DNA from: Lama guanicoe
Lineage: Eukaryota
Length of the DNA stretch: 64,000 nt
NCBI GenBank assembly: GCA_013239625.1
Contig: MU056550.1
Span: forward strand, 1,039,720-1,103,719
Direction: 5' to 3'
Shown here: in pieces, positions 62,521 through 64,000 of the stretch
How positions within the stretch are numbered: the first letter of the stretch is position 1
Layout: each line of letters opens with the position of its first letter
Made by a program: the position numbers and the translations under genes
Notes under the pieces: model-generated
What the model was told of the DNA's origin: nothing
Seen by the model: only the letters and a program-made list of their open reading frames with translations
The model's database searches: none

Positions 62521-64000
62521 TATTAAGAAGTCCACATATTATGGGCAAAATGGCCTTTGCTATTAAAAAGAACACTGAATATTTTGCCTATATTTTGTTT
62601 GGAGGCATTCCTTAATTCAAACAGAAGATTGAACTATTTACTTAAAGGCCTTTCTATAAATTAGACAACTAATGTAGAACTCTTTGTTACTCCTGTAGTT
62701 TACATGCACATTGGAGGATTTTCTTAAGATATTTTAGGTAAATCTGTTAAAATTTCTCAGGCCAAAGAGCAAAACCAATGGTTAAAACAAGTTAATAGAT
62801 TATTTTCTTCTTTAAAGATATTTTCATTTCTCTCCTCTTTTCTTGTTTTCACTTGGTCTCTGATTTACATGGTAAGAGATTTTTTTTAAATGCATGCAGA
62901 AAAAAATAGCAACGCATAATAACTGCTCAATAAATGTTTACTGCCTAGTAGACATCTGCTCCTTTGCCTGCCCTAAGAGCTGTCTCATTTTTCTGGTAAA
63001 AACAAAAAGAAACCAAAAAAACTGCCTTTTCTTTCCATCACGTAATGGCTCTAGCAGTAACATGGTTCCCTTTCCCTATCCCAGTCTGTAATTCAAGCGG
63101 GTGGGTCAAAGTACCTCATCCACTGGGTACAGTGATTGGTCCAGGATTGGACATGTGATCTGAGCAGACCCAATCAGAGTCCTTTTTCTGCGACTGCTAT
63201 AGATACCCTTCTGTAATCCTGGGCACTGAAACATATCTCCATGTGGGGGGGAAAAAAAAGAAAATCAATGGCATTAACAGAGAGAGAAGCAAAATCAAAA
63301 GATGGAGAGACAGGAAAGAGTCCAGACAACGATTTTTAAAAATCCTTGAATTCTGGCCTTTCTGGAAGCCAGTCTACCCCCTGGACTTTGCTGTTATGTA
63401 AGTCAAGTTATATTGAAGCAGAGGAGGGTTTCTATTACTTCCTTGTCTTTCATCTGCCTAACTCTTCAGGGAGAGCCTGATTCCAGAAAGCCTTCATAGA
63501 CCTTCCTGTGTCTAATCTTCTTTTATAAACTCTTAGGGCACCATGTACTCTCCAGAATAGCACCCATCACTGTTATCATTTTATATTTATTCATGGAATT
63601 ATTTAAATAGCTCCTCCTCATGACAAATTCCATGAAAGGGCCTTGGATTTTGCTCAACATTCATGGCATCACCAGTGTCTGGCAGAGAGTGGGCACACCA
63701 TATGTATTTGTAGAGCAAATGAATTACATAATGAATCCACACTCCTGACAAGGGCACAATGTTAAACTCCCATGAGATCAGAAAGGTTTTTTTTCCTTAA
63801 AAAAAAAAAAAAGACCAAAAACCCAAAATAGACCACTCTCAACACTTTATATTTCTCAACAAAAATGTAGTTTTTATGTCCTTCCCTCGAACCTCCATTT
63901 TCAGTCTTCTGACTTAAGCAGATCTTGGTTCTTAAAACAAAGCAAAACAAAACAACAACCAAAAAAAAACAAAAAATAAAAAAGTCCCTTTATTTTGTTG

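Noticed and set aside
1-64000. CRISPR arrays, prokaryotic operons or a novel multi-gene system
   Set aside because: This is mammalian repeat-rich DNA with no regularly spaced repeat-spacer array. The remaining short ORFs lack recognisable coding features and many overlap repeats.

Overview
Mammalian genomic DNA, most likely a camelid (inferred from multiple Vic-1-type tRNA-derived SINEs). It covers the RABEP1-SCIMP locus. RABEP1 exon 1 (MAQPGPAPQPD) lies on the minus strand in a CpG island at ~8 kb, and its intron 1 contains an antisense RPL7 processed pseudogene. SCIMP lies on the plus strand: exon 1 ends at 37575, and four coding exons at 49.3-54.9 kb give a 153-aa palmitoylated transmembrane adaptor. 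The rest is mostly L1, L2, MIR, CR1, MaLR/ERV LTR and hAT MITE remnants, plus four N gaps. Main observations: (1) a degenerate duplicate of the SCIMP last exon with an intact in-phase acceptor that would encode a tail with no Csk or SLP65 tyrosines; (2) a strong in-frame internal donor in SCIMP exon 4; (3) a CTG where human exon 1 has its ATG; (4) convergent CTCF motifs bracketing SCIMP; (5) a compact ISRE/CRE/PU.1 intronic element; (6) a candidate poison exon in RABEP1; (7) several well-resolved nested or templated insertions. I found no evidence of a wholly new multi-gene system. Gene and repeat-family names come from recalled sequences, not database searches.
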